Shown piece by piece: positions 19,377-28,934 of a stretch of DNA of 64,000 nucleotides (within the stretch, counting starts at the first letter, position 1; every line of letters starts with the position of its first letter). A program made the position numbers and the translations under genes. Source of the stretch: an uncultured Thermodesulfobacteriota bacterium (GTDB lineage: Bacteria > Desulfobacterota > Desulfomonilia > UBA1062); contig CALOBW010000055.1 in NCBI GenBank assembly GCA_942491525.1, positions 136,106 to 200,105 of the forward strand. Direction: 5' to 3'. The notes beneath the pieces are model-generated. The model ran no database searches. It was not told the DNA's origin and saw only the letters and a program-made list of their open reading frames with translations.

Positions 19377-20496
19377 CAAGCCGTTTATTGTTGGTGACGA
19401 GATTGAAAATATCGTCCATGCCGTAAATGCCAATGGCTGGCTCGCCGGTGATGGTGATTTTACAAATAAGTGCCACACTTGGCTCGAATCATATTTGGGG
19501 TGTACAAAAGCTCTTCTCACCCATTCCTGTACCTCTGCGTTAGAGATGGCAGCTATTCTTTGTGATATACAGCCGGGTGATGAAGTAATAATGCCGTCAT
19601 ACACGTTTGTCTCCACGGCAAATGCTTTTGTATTGCGGGGTGGTGTACCTGTATTTGTTGATATCAGACCAGATACTTTGAATATAGATGAATCATTAAT
19701 CGTACCAGCAATAACAGAGAAGGCTAAAGCTATTGTGCCAGTTCATTATGCCGGAGTTCCTTGTGCCATGGACGAGATAATGGATATTGCTCGGCAATAT
19801 GATCTTTTTGTTATTGAGGATGCTGCCCAGGCTTTGTTGTCAACTTATAAAGGGCGGCATCTTGGAACGATTGGGGATTTGGGCACCCTAAGTTTTCATG
19901 AAACAAAGAATGTTATCAGCGGAGAGGGAGGGGCTCTGCTGATCAATAATGAAAAGTATATTGAACGTGCAGAAATCATAAGAGAGAAAGGTACAAATCG
20001 TAAACAGTTTTTTCGAGGACATATTGATAAATATACTTGGGTCGATGTGGGATCATCTTATCTGCCAAGTGAAATGATAGCAGCGTTTCTCTACGCGCAA
20101 CTTCAACAGTCAGAGAAGATTATTAAAAAGCGTTGTGCGCTATATAATCGATATGATGAGATGTTAAGACCTCTAGAGTCCCAGGGGAAGATTCGCTTGG
20201 CACGTTCTCATGCGCAAGATATAAAAAATAATGGGCATATTTTTTATATTATTACTAACAATCCAGAAGAGCGGAGTCAGTTAATAAGCTATTTAAATAA
20301 TAGATCAATAAATTCGGTCTTCCATTATGTCCCTTTGCATTCATCGCCAGCCGGAAAGAAATACGGGCGTGCTGTAGGGACGATGCAGTGTACAGATGAC
20401 TTGAGTGATCGAATATTACGTTTGCCGCTCTATTATGAGATGCAGGATAATGATGTCTGCAAAGTATCGTTAGCTGTTATTGATTTTTTCAGTTAG
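19360..20496 (+). CDS. DegT-family NDP-4-keto-6-deoxyhexose 4-aminotransferase (WecE/ArnB-like)
   Basis: MKIPFNKPFIVGDEIENIV...SCTSALEMAA...LSFHETKNVISGEGG (PLP-Lys). Confidence 0.85.
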   Translation: MKIPFNKPFIVGDEIENIVHAVNANGWLAGDGDFTNKCHTWLESYLGCTKALLTHSCTSALEMAAILCDIQPGDEVIMPSYTFVSTANAFVLRGGVPVFVDIRPDTLNIDESLIVPAITEKAKAIVPVHYAGVPCAMDEIMDIARQYDLFVIEDAAQALLSTYKGRHLGTIGDLGTLSFHETKNVISGEGGALLINNEKYIERAEIIREKGTNRKQFFRGHIDKYTWVDVGSSYLPSEMIAAFLYAQLQQSEKIIKKRCALYNRYDEMLRPLESQGKIRLARSHAQDIKNNGHIFYIITNNPEERSQLISYLNNRSINSVFHYVPLHSSPAGKKYGRAVGTMQCTDDLSDRILRLPLYYEMQDNDVCKVSLAVIDFFS

Positions 20497-20508
20497 GAAA
20501 TATTATTT

Positions 20509-21327
20509 ATGGATTTAAAATTAGAGAAAATTGATAAGATCATTCCGTCAGATAGAGAATTTTCTATTCAGAATAATGCACGTAGTTATTTGTCTGGAAA
20601 TCGTATCCCCTGTGGCAGTGCTGGGGCTGGACTTATGGCAAAGGTCCAGGATCTCACTAAAAAGCATGGAAAAGTTTATTATTGGTTAATAAAACTGTTT
20701 GCACCAGTGTTGGTAAGTGCGGCATATCAGAAAAATATAGCTAATTTATTGGGTAATAATGGAAGAGACAAGGTCATTATCAATTTGGGAAGTGGGCCTA
20801 ACATATTTATGAACCGTAAAGATATTATCAATGTAGATATCTTCGCCTTTGATGAAGTTGATATTGTGGCTGATGCGTCAAATCTTCCTATAGAAGATGG
20901 TACTGTAGATTTAATAATTAATGCAGCAATGATGGAACATGTATCTAATCCTCAGAAAATTGTAAGTGAGATGTACAGGATCTTAAATTCAGAAGGAAAG
21001 ATTTTCTCATATTTGCCATATATAGTTCCATATCACGCAGCTCCACATGATTATCAGAGGTGGTCTAAATCTGGTGTAGAAGAACTTTTTTCTGGTTTTA
21101 GTAATGTAGAGGTAGGCATTGGTGCTGGCCCAACATCAGGTATGCTATGGGTTCTCCAGGAGTGGTTGGCAATTCTCTTCTCACTTGGGAATAAGACCCT
21201 GCACGACCTGCTCTTCATGATATTAATGTTATTAACCTCTCCAATTAAACTATTTGATATTGTTCTGGAGAAATTTCCTTATGCTGAAAAGATTGCAAGT
21301 GGCTTTTATATAGTTGCAGAAAAATAG
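20509..21327 (+). CDS. class I SAM-dependent methyltransferase (Methyltransf_11-like)
   Basis: INLGSGPN glycine-rich motif I, VDLIINAAMMEHVSNPQKIVSEMYRILNSEGKIF. Confidence 0.7.
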   Translation: MDLKLEKIDKIIPSDREFSIQNNARSYLSGNRIPCGSAGAGLMAKVQDLTKKHGKVYYWLIKLFAPVLVSAAYQKNIANLLGNNGRDKVIINLGSGPNIFMNRKDIINVDIFAFDEVDIVADASNLPIEDGTVDLIINAAMMEHVSNPQKIVSEMYRILNSEGKIFSYLPYIVPYHAAPHDYQRWSKSGVEELFSGFSNVEVGIGAGPTSGMLWVLQEWLAILFSLGNKTLHDLLFMILMLLTSPIKLFDIVLEKFPYAEKIASGFYIVAEK

Positions 21328-23260
21328 ACTAATAATGGTAGACAAGTCAAAGGGTATTAGTTTCGTTGGCCATCAACTGGTAGATGGTATAAAGGTTTCA
21401 GATGAATCTTTAAATTTTCTATTTGGGGCACTTTTATTAACCTCTTTTGGAGTTTTTGTTGCAGGGAATATACTGCTTTGGGACTTTGTAATTTTTGCAC
21501 GTTCTGCGCAGATAGCACTACCTTGTTTTATTCTGCTTTTAATATTCTATTCATTATCTAGACAGTTATGCCCCATCTGGGGGTTAGTGCTGACTTATCT
21601 CATGATTTGGGCAGGAGTCTATAGCTCTTTGCCTGGATTACGGTATGTTTTCTATGTCTTGGGTTTTTTTGCGGTGCTATATTCGGCCCGTTTTTTGCGT
21701 GTTGCGCAAAAAGATTGGCTGTCACTAGCCTTAATGGCTATGATTGGGACTGCGACTATACTCGGCGTTGAACGAGCTTACACATCGTTTGACATGTTGC
21801 CACGCCTTTATATGGGGGCTGTCCATCAGGATACTTTGTTTCATGCAAGTATCGCTGGGATGATTAAAAACTATGGTGTGGTATCTACTGGATTGCATGG
21901 TTTGGTTGAAATTGCATATCACACCTTTTCACATGTCTTGATGGCGGGTGTCAGTGTGATGTCGGGCTTGGGTGTTGTAGAGGTGTATGGAGTTGCCCCG
22001 TGGGTCTTGTTTGCGCCAATCCTGATATTTAGTTCTACCGTATTTGTAGCAATGCTGGATAGGCAAGAGCAGATGTCAATGCCCTTAGTGTGGGCAGTGA
22101 CGGCATTGATTCTTTCAGTGGCGCCATATTTACTCTCAAATTGGGCGGTGTGGCAATCATATTTTATTTCCGAGTCATATATGGTTTCACTTGGGCTATT
22201 TTTGTTGGGGATGGGACTACTCTTTAAGCGTACATTGCGTCTTCAGGATTTGCTGCTTGTTTTTCTGTTGACTGCACTGATGGCGAAGGCAAAGTCTTCA
22301 GTGGGTGTTATCTATATGGGGCTCTGGTTTTCACGAGTTCTTTTTATTTCCGGTGGGCGTCGGATGTTTGATTTGGGAGTATTAATGATGTCCGCGGTTG
22401 CAGTTGGTTGGGTGACCTTTGATGCCGCTGCATGGTTTGTGACATATGCAGAACCCTTACGCATTTTCGGTTTCATAGAGAAGAACGGATTGTTGGGTGG
22501 TCATCTTGTCATGGTAATGGATGGATTACTTGGTGATTCGGCTTTGTCAGTCGGTATGATGTCCATGGCAGTGGTGGCCATCATAAGCTTTTTTATTCTG
22601 CACTTTCTTCCTTCATGGGTAGTGATTTGTCGAGCTTGCTGGGTTGATGGTGTAAGAAATATTTTTCGTAATCCGTTGGCTGTATATTCAATGGCAGCTT
22701 TGTTTGCTGGAATGATTGTTGTCACTTCGGACTATTTTGGTGGTGCTACCTTTTATTTTTCAAATGTAGCGTTCTTTGTGGCACTGCCTGGTGTGGTTAT
22801 GATAATCGTTGCCTGTTGTCAGCGTCTGTCGTTGAATAATTGCGCGTTAATCGCTGTAACAATCGTTATTATCGGCATTATTCATTATCCGGCATATTAT
22901 GGTAAAAGTATATTTGATCGTCAGCGTAATGGTTTGCGGGGGGCTTCTACTATTCATCTACAAGAGACGTCAGATACTTTAATTGATCGGCTGTTGATAA
23001 TACGTCAGACTTCACCTAAGGATGTGGCATTGCGAGCTAATGATGATATATTACGTGATAATCCAATGCGTTCTTGCACAGCCCAGCCATTTCTTTTTCC
23101 GGCTGTTTCAGAGCGGCCATGGGTTGGTGTGATTCAAAGAGGTGGTAGTTGTCAGTATCGTGCATATGGATATGATTCATATGGGGTAACGATTGATGAT
23201 CCAGAAGTTAAAGTGCTGCCTCAATTGCATCCTTCTATGCAGATTCAGGATGTATGGTAA
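21314..23260 (+). CDS. large polytopic membrane protein (about 14+ TM) with C-terminal soluble domain; GT-C-like glycosyltransferase candidate
   Basis: 648 aa, hydrophobic helices throughout the first ~520 aa, ~100-aa hydrophilic C-terminus. Architecture like ArnT/GtrC/AftD-type GT-C enzymes. Confidence 0.45.
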   Translation: MQKNRLIMVDKSKGISFVGHQLVDGIKVSDESLNFLFGALLLTSFGVFVAGNILLWDFVIFARSAQIALPCFILLLIFYSLSRQLCPIWGLVLTYLMIWAGVYSSLPGLRYVFYVLGFFAVLYSARFLRVAQKDWLSLALMAMIGTATILGVERAYTSFDMLPRLYMGAVHQDTLFHASIAGMIKNYGVVSTGLHGLVEIAYHTFSHVLMAGVSVMSGLGVVEVYGVAPWVLFAPILIFSSTVFVAMLDRQEQMSMPLVWAVTALILSVAPYLLSNWAVWQSYFISESYMVSLGLFLLGMGLLFKRTLRLQDLLLVFLLTALMAKAKSSVGVIYMGLWFSRVLFISGGRRMFDLGVLMMSAVAVGWVTFDAAAWFVTYAEPLRIFGFIEKNGLLGGHLVMVMDGLLGDSALSVGMMSMAVVAIISFFILHFLPSWVVICRACWVDGVRNIFRNPLAVYSMAALFAGMIVVTSDYFGGATFYFSNVAFFVALPGVVMIIVACCQRLSLNNCALIAVTIVIIGIIHYPAYYGKSIFDRQRNGLRGASTIHLQETSDTLIDRLLIIRQTSPKDVALRANDDILRDNPMRSCTAQPFLFPAVSERPWVGVIQRGGSCQYRAYGYDSYGVTIDDPEVKVLPQLHPSMQIQDVW

Positions 23261-23328
23261 TGAAATTTGAAATATCTACCATTTAGTAATCAAATTGTTT
23301 TAGTGTCAGATGTAAGGATATCTTAGTA

Positions 23329-24612
23329 ATGTCAAAAAAAGTTTTATTCTGGGATTCATGGACAAGGGGTATTCATAACTTTATCCCGATTGCTGATAAG
23401 TTGAGAAAAAATGACGACTCTTGTCTTCTGGTACATAGAGGATCCTGGGGGAGTGAAGAAGGTAGGCCTACTGAAGAGTATATTGAAGGTCTGCTTGTCC
23501 GTGATATCTCTTATTACAATACAAGCTTTGTTTATAAAGTAATAAAAGAAGAGAAGCCGGATTGTGTTCTTATTTTAACTACCTCCTACTTTATGGATAG
23601 AGCTATAATACTGGCCTGCAGGGCTTTAGGGGTGAAAAGTTTTTTTCTGATGCATGGAATTCGTGCTGTTGGAGATAATTTATCTGAGAGTGTGACAGTA
23701 CTTGAAGATGATTTGCGGAAGAAAAGATGGAGCAGAGGTTGGAAATATTTGCGTTATACGCTTCCAAATTATTTTGTTTCAGGAACCTTTAGTGATGCCT
23801 TTTTCCCCTTTCGTATTTCACCTTATAAATTGATATTGGGAACATTCCTGAATCCTGCCAAGTATTTGTTTATGCCCCCGCCAAGTAGTGAGATGTATTG
23901 TGACGTTGGTTTGATCTGGGCCAATGAATATGTATCTCTTTTTAGAGATCAGTTTGGTTATCCTGAAGAAAGGCTTAAGGTTGTTGGGCATCCACCATTG
24001 GATGATGTTTTTGGGAAGAAGAACGGGCCGTTAAATCCAACAGAGCGAGAAACCTTGTTGGAATCCATAGGACTAACTGTCGATTGTGATTATACACTAT
24101 ATCTTGAAGATGCCTTTGTTGAGTCAGGGTTTGAGGGTTGGACAGATGAATCCCGACGGCAACATTTATCAGAGATTGCAATCGCAGTAAAAAAAGCAGG
24201 TAAAAGTTTAGTCATCAAGGTTCATCCTGGCACTAAAGATGATAGGCTTGAATCCATATTTGATAATGATGACCATGTTGCTGTTGTTAGAAAGGGCGAA
24301 TTGCCCCTGTACATTAAAAATGCAGAATCATGTATTGCACATATTTCATCTACTGTTAACTTGGCGATCTGCTTCGAGAAGATGGTTTTAGTTCCAACGT
24401 GGGGAATCTCTTGTAGTGTTCCGGATTATTTTGTTAAATCGGGAGTAGCTGTTGGCTGTGATAATCCCGGTGAACTAGAATTTAATCTTTGTAACTTACA
24501 AGACCAGCAAGAGACACTCCATAAAACAAGACAAGATTATATTGATCGATTCATCACTTATACTGACGGCAAGGCCGTTGATCGTATTGTAGGTGCGATT
24601 GTCGGTGACTAA
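23329..24612 (+). CDS. hypothetical GT-B-like protein; candidate CMP-nonulosonate (Leg/Pse/Kdo-type) glycosyltransferase
   Basis: 427 aa soluble. LVIKVHPGTKDD (K-x-HP motif recurrent in CMP-sugar dependent GT-B transferases and capsule polymerases). No other family signature recognised. Confidence 0.3.
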   Translation: MSKKVLFWDSWTRGIHNFIPIADKLRKNDDSCLLVHRGSWGSEEGRPTEEYIEGLLVRDISYYNTSFVYKVIKEEKPDCVLILTTSYFMDRAIILACRALGVKSFFLMHGIRAVGDNLSESVTVLEDDLRKKRWSRGWKYLRYTLPNYFVSGTFSDAFFPFRISPYKLILGTFLNPAKYLFMPPPSSEMYCDVGLIWANEYVSLFRDQFGYPEERLKVVGHPPLDDVFGKKNGPLNPTERETLLESIGLTVDCDYTLYLEDAFVESGFEGWTDESRRQHLSEIAIAVKKAGKSLVIKVHPGTKDDRLESIFDNDDHVAVVRKGELPLYIKNAESCIAHISSTVNLAICFEKMVLVPTWGISCSVPDYFVKSGVAVGCDNPGELEFNLCNLQDQQETLHKTRQDYIDRFITYTDGKAVDRIVGAIVGD

Positions 24613-25873
24613 TCGAGGTAAGTTTCTGTTTTTTGTTACCAGCTATGCCGGGGCCGAACTGTTTGTCAGGATAATTCAGTACTGTATAGTGATGTACTTG
24701 GCCGCTTGTCTCACTAAGAGTGCTTTTGGTGAATTTGGGTTGATGTTTGCCACACTGCAGTTGGTCATATTGATTGGCCTTGGCGGATTTATTGAAGTAA
24801 TCCCGAAAGAGTTTGGATATTATAACGAGCAAAACAATCTTTCTGTTCTGTTTTCCTCTTTAATGATCTTGGTTGTTTTATTTCTCGTGCTGATAGTATT
24901 AATTTTAACACTATTTATATCTATTGAAGAAGTCAGGGTGTTTCTGCATTCGCCGTCCTTTATGGTTGTTGGGTCAATTATTATTGTGGCTACAACCCAG
25001 GTAATATCAAAAATTTGTGAATCATTGTTCCGCCTGCAGAATGATCATAAAGCAACAATTGTATTGAAAACATTGCCGTTGTTATTCTTGTATGTTGGTG
25101 GATTGTTATCATTTGTAGTTGTGGGGCGATCTGTTGAATTGGAATCTTTTTTTGAAGGTATGGCTGTCTCTGCTTTTATGGTTCTAGTTTTCTTGAATAT
25201 GTTTGGCATGAAGAGGCTTGAAATAAAGTTGTCCTCTATAGATTGGATGCTTGCGCGAAAGTTGTTCAGAAGTAGTCTTCCTTATATTTTTGTAGCTTTT
25301 ATTGGTTGGTTCATGGGTTATGGGTTTAATTATCTTATCAAGATCTTTTACTCTGTAGAAGAGGTTGCTGATTATACATTGGTTTTACAGATTGGTACTA
25401 TGATTCTTCTTGTAATGGGGGCTTTGCAGCAGGTTTGGTATCCCAAACTGTTGGAAATATCACAAACTAAAGGGCTAGATGAATTAATTGCAATTAATTC
25501 AATAATGTATAATAAGTTTGGTGTAGTCGTCCTAGTATTTCTTATCCTTCTGTGGAGTGTTCTCTATGTTGTCGTTAATAGTGATGTTGTATTTTTCGCT
25601 AACTACTCAAATATTATATATATTTTGCCGCTTGTCTTTTTTTCATATTTGATCAATTTATTGTTCCGATTGCGATGGTTATTTTTTGTTAACTATATCG
25701 GTGCGGGCAAGGATTACTCTAAGATTATTGCATGCTGTGGTGTGGCTGGGATTGTAGTTGGAGTTGGGTTGATGTCTACGGGAGCGCCAATTATGATCTA
25801 TTGCGCTATGTTGATTAACCAAATCATGATCGCAGCTTCGATGAGCTGGTATGCACATAGACATTGGGTGTAA
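24593..25873 (+). CDS. polytopic membrane protein, Wzx-like (MOP superfamily) flippase candidate
   Basis: 426 aa, about 12 TM helices. N-terminal pattern ...GAELFVRIIQYCIVMYLAACLTKSAFGEFG resembles polysaccharide biosynthesis (Wzx) proteins. Confidence 0.5.
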   Translation: MRLSVTNRGKFLFFVTSYAGAELFVRIIQYCIVMYLAACLTKSAFGEFGLMFATLQLVILIGLGGFIEVIPKEFGYYNEQNNLSVLFSSLMILVVLFLVLIVLILTLFISIEEVRVFLHSPSFMVVGSIIIVATTQVISKICESLFRLQNDHKATIVLKTLPLLFLYVGGLLSFVVVGRSVELESFFEGMAVSAFMVLVFLNMFGMKRLEIKLSSIDWMLARKLFRSSLPYIFVAFIGWFMGYGFNYLIKIFYSVEEVADYTLVLQIGTMILLVMGALQQVWYPKLLEISQTKGLDELIAINSIMYNKFGVVVLVFLILLWSVLYVVVNSDVVFFANYSNIIYILPLVFFSYLINLLFRLRWLFFVNYIGAGKDYSKIIACCGVAGIVVGVGLMSTGAPIMIYCAMLINQIMIAASMSWYAHRHWV

Positions 25874-25918
25874 ATGTAGGTTTCGATTGTGCGTTTGAGT
25901 AAATGAATTGGAGATCAA

Positions 25919-26986
25919 GTGATGAATAAATCGATGTATTACAATTTATGTTGCCCTAATTGTAGAGGTGACTTCAATTTTTTTTGTCTCGCAAATGGTT
26001 GCGATGGCGAAGATGGATTATTGAAATGTGTCTGTTGTGACTCAATTTTCCCTGTTATTGATGACATCCCAATATTATTTAAAGATTCAGTGCGAAATTA
26101 TAGTTATGAAAAGTTATTTTTCCAAAAACTCAGGTGTTATAATATTTCCAAAGAATTATGTTTTCAAATTGATCATCAACTAGTAAAAATGGCAGAGAAT
26201 AATTCAGATGATGTGTGGGAATGGGAAGAGTTTGCGTTTTGGGATAAACAGTACCAGTCCCAATGGGAAAAACTTCTTACTGATGATTTTAATGATGCAG
26301 TATATCAAGAACGAATTTTGCAGCGCGCAAAAGAGATGTCCATTATGACACAACCCAATTTTTTCCCCGATGGTTTCTTTTTAGAGGCTGGAGCAGGTAC
26401 AGCTATATATACTAGATCTATTTTGTCAAGATATCCTAATAATGGATATATTGCAGTTGATATGAGTTTTTTTGCTTTAAAGATAAGGCGAAAATTGTTG
26501 GCGAAGTCTGATGCATTCTTCATAATGGCTTCTGTTGATAATATTCCTCTTAAGAGGAATATTATATCAGGTATGTTTTTGATAGGAATATTGCATCATG
26601 CCGAAAGAAAGGAAAACACTCTGCAAGATTTGGTGCAGTATTTATGTCCTCAGGGGTGTATATATTTGGATGAAGTTTTAGAGCGGCCTTCTTTTTTGAA
26701 GCATGCAGAGATTGTTAAAGGCAAAGATGTTAGTTTACATGAAGAATGGATTCATTATGAATCGCTAATGGCAATACTTAGTAGCAATGGACGGATCATA
26801 TATAATGTCATATTTAATACTCCTTTTTATCAGTTTGCGTTGAAATACTTGAAGGGACTTATGACCCGTAATCAGCGCACTTACAGCATATTTAGATTAT
26901 TCGATGATGTCTTTAGAAAGATGCTTGGGAATATATTGCCTTCATTTCAGGCAGGAGAAATTGCTGTTATTTGGCGGAATGACTAA
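25919..26986 (+). CDS. class I SAM-dependent methyltransferase with N-terminal Cys4 zinc-ribbon (Trm112-like)
   Basis: CCPNCRGDF...CVCCDSIFPVIDDIPILF ribbon, then LEAGAGTAIY motif I and VDNIPL acidic motif. Confidence 0.75.
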   Translation: MMNKSMYYNLCCPNCRGDFNFFCLANGCDGEDGLLKCVCCDSIFPVIDDIPILFKDSVRNYSYEKLFFQKLRCYNISKELCFQIDHQLVKMAENNSDDVWEWEEFAFWDKQYQSQWEKLLTDDFNDAVYQERILQRAKEMSIMTQPNFFPDGFFLEAGAGTAIYTRSILSRYPNNGYIAVDMSFFALKIRRKLLAKSDAFFIMASVDNIPLKRNIISGMFLIGILHHAERKENTLQDLVQYLCPQGCIYLDEVLERPSFLKHAEIVKGKDVSLHEEWIHYESLMAILSSNGRIIYNVIFNTPFYQFALKYLKGLMTRNQRTYSIFRLFDDVFRKMLGNILPSFQAGEIAVIWRND

Positions 26987-27716
26987 TAAGGAGGTAGCTT
27001 TGGGTATTATAACTGATTATTATGATCGAACATCAGATCGCTTTTGGGACCCTCTGGGAGGTTTAGTAGGTCGGGACGCAGTCATTGCTCCATTAATTGA
27101 TGATCGAGCTGGCAACTTTCTGGAATATGGATTTGGCAGTGGCTCATTGCTGTTTAATGTTGCGCAGAACTATAATTTCAAAAAGGTCATTGGTATTGAT
27201 ATTAGTGAAACGGTTGTTAAGAAAGCGAAACTAAGTTTAGCTGATGTTGATGGTGCCTGGAAAGATAATATTGAGTTTTCATTGCCTGTGAATGATACAT
27301 TGCCTGGTTGTGGAGATAAATCCGTAGATGTAATAGTGAGTGTGGCAACGATTGAGCATGTATTGAATCCATATGTTGTATTGGATGAATTAAACCGAAT
27401 TGCCAAAGATGGAGCTCAGCTGATCTGTTCGGTTCCTAATTACGCCTATCTGAAGCATAGAATTTCTTTATTGATTGGAGATTTGCCGAAGACTGGCACT
27501 GATGCACCGGTCTCGGAGTGGCGTGAGGCTGGTTGGGATGGGATGCATCTTCATACATTTACTCAAGATGCATTTGCTACCTTATTACGTGATTGTGGCT
27601 GGGAACCAGTAAGTTGGACAGGTTGGGGTATGCGTGCACCATTACTAAAACCACTAAGGCAAAAATTTCCTCAATTATTTTCCGGTGAGTTAATCGCTTG
27701 TTGTTCAAAGATGTAA
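26979..27716 (+). CDS. class I SAM-dependent methyltransferase
   Basis: Start set to ATG 26979 with AAGGAGG SD (8-nt overlap with upstream stop). LEYGFGSGSL motif I, VIGIDISE, IVSVATIEHVLNP. Confidence 0.7.
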   Translation: MTNKEVALGIITDYYDRTSDRFWDPLGGLVGRDAVIAPLIDDRAGNFLEYGFGSGSLLFNVAQNYNFKKVIGIDISETVVKKAKLSLADVDGAWKDNIEFSLPVNDTLPGCGDKSVDVIVSVATIEHVLNPYVVLDELNRIAKDGAQLICSVPNYAYLKHRISLLIGDLPKTGTDAPVSEWREAGWDGMHLHTFTQDAFATLLRDCGWEPVSWTGWGMRAPLLKPLRQKFPQLFSGELIACCSKM

Positions 27717-28928
27717 TTGTTTCTTGATTTATTAATGAAATATACCCTATCAAAAAAGAAGTTACTATTCATATTGCTGCTTATTTTCTTCCTCCCGATT
27801 TCAACCCCGGGAGGAATTTCTGCAAATTATTTGTATGCTGTACTGTTTCTTATCTGCCCGTTCCTGCCATATCGGCAGATGCCATTGATGGCGATAATGC
27901 TATTAGTAATAAGTTTTTTGTCTTATGGTTTAGGTTATATATTTATTGCTGATTTTGGATTTAACTTTGCAATACGGCAAACTTTTAGTTTCATAGTATT
28001 TATTGTAGGGGTATTGTTACTTCTTATTAATATTCCCTACTCATTGGATGATATATGTCGCGGTGTAGTGATTATTAGTGTTATGTATGCCATATTAGTT
28101 GTAGTGACTGTAGTAGTATATCCGCAATTCTCCCTTTCTGATCCCTATTTAATTAAAGGTGGTTTACGTGAATATGTACCCCACTGGCCTCAACGGTTTA
28201 CCGTTATTGTGGGCTTTGGTTTTTTTTGCGCAATTGTAAAGATGTTTTCAGATTGGCGATATATCGTTGTTGCAGCGGGGTTAATTATCTGTCTTTTTCT
28301 GACATTCAGCAGGGCAATTTATTTGTCAGTTGTCATTGGCGTGTTTGCATTATTAGTTCAACTTCTACTTTACCCTTCTGCATTGGAGATTCCCAATCTG
28401 CGTAGGAAGATCGTTCTGTATTTAGGTGTTGCTGGTATTGGACTGATTCTTGTCTGTATGCTTAATCCAGCCATTCTGACTAATGTCAGTAACATTAGTC
28501 TTCGTACATATAATAGCATAGTCAATTTTGGGGGCGGTGCGCACGTCATGGCGGCTGGTTCTGATTCTGAAAGAATGTATTTCTGGTCAAATATTATAAA
28601 GGTTTGGCGTGACTATCCCGTATTGGGGACTGGATTTGCCAATATCTATCTTTTTAATCCTAAGATAGGATCAGCCCATAACCAATATTTGGATATACTT
28701 TTAAGGACAGGTCTTATCGGTTTGGTTATCTATCTTTCTCTTTGGATGAAGCTGTTTTGTACTTACTGGAAGAGGCGGCCTGATATTTTTTCAGGATTGG
28801 TTATGATTTTTATATTTGGATTTTTTCATGAAACTACAAAGCTAAGCTATACAGGTTTGTTGTTTTTCCTGTTACTGAATAAAGCTTATGAAATGGATCG
28901 CTGTGCAAGAATGCATAAGGGGGCTTAG
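27717..28928 (+). CDS. O-antigen ligase/polymerase family membrane protein (Wzy_C domain)
   Basis: About 10 TM helices. Periplasmic loop with GTGFANIYLF...GSAHNQYLDILLRTGLIGLVIY, typical of the O-antigen ligase/Wzy_C family. Confidence 0.7.
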   Translation: MFLDLLMKYTLSKKKLLFILLLIFFLPISTPGGISANYLYAVLFLICPFLPYRQMPLMAIMLLVISFLSYGLGYIFIADFGFNFAIRQTFSFIVFIVGVLLLLINIPYSLDDICRGVVIISVMYAILVVVTVVVYPQFSLSDPYLIKGGLREYVPHWPQRFTVIVGFGFFCAIVKMFSDWRYIVVAAGLIICLFLTFSRAIYLSVVIGVFALLVQLLLYPSALEIPNLRRKIVLYLGVAGIGLILVCMLNPAILTNVSNISLRTYNSIVNFGGGAHVMAAGSDSERMYFWSNIIKVWRDYPVLGTGFANIYLFNPKIGSAHNQYLDILLRTGLIGLVIYLSLWMKLFCTYWKRRPDIFSGLVMIFIFGFFHETTKLSYTGLLFFLLLNKAYEMDRCARMHKGA

Positions 28929-28934
28929 TGTAGT

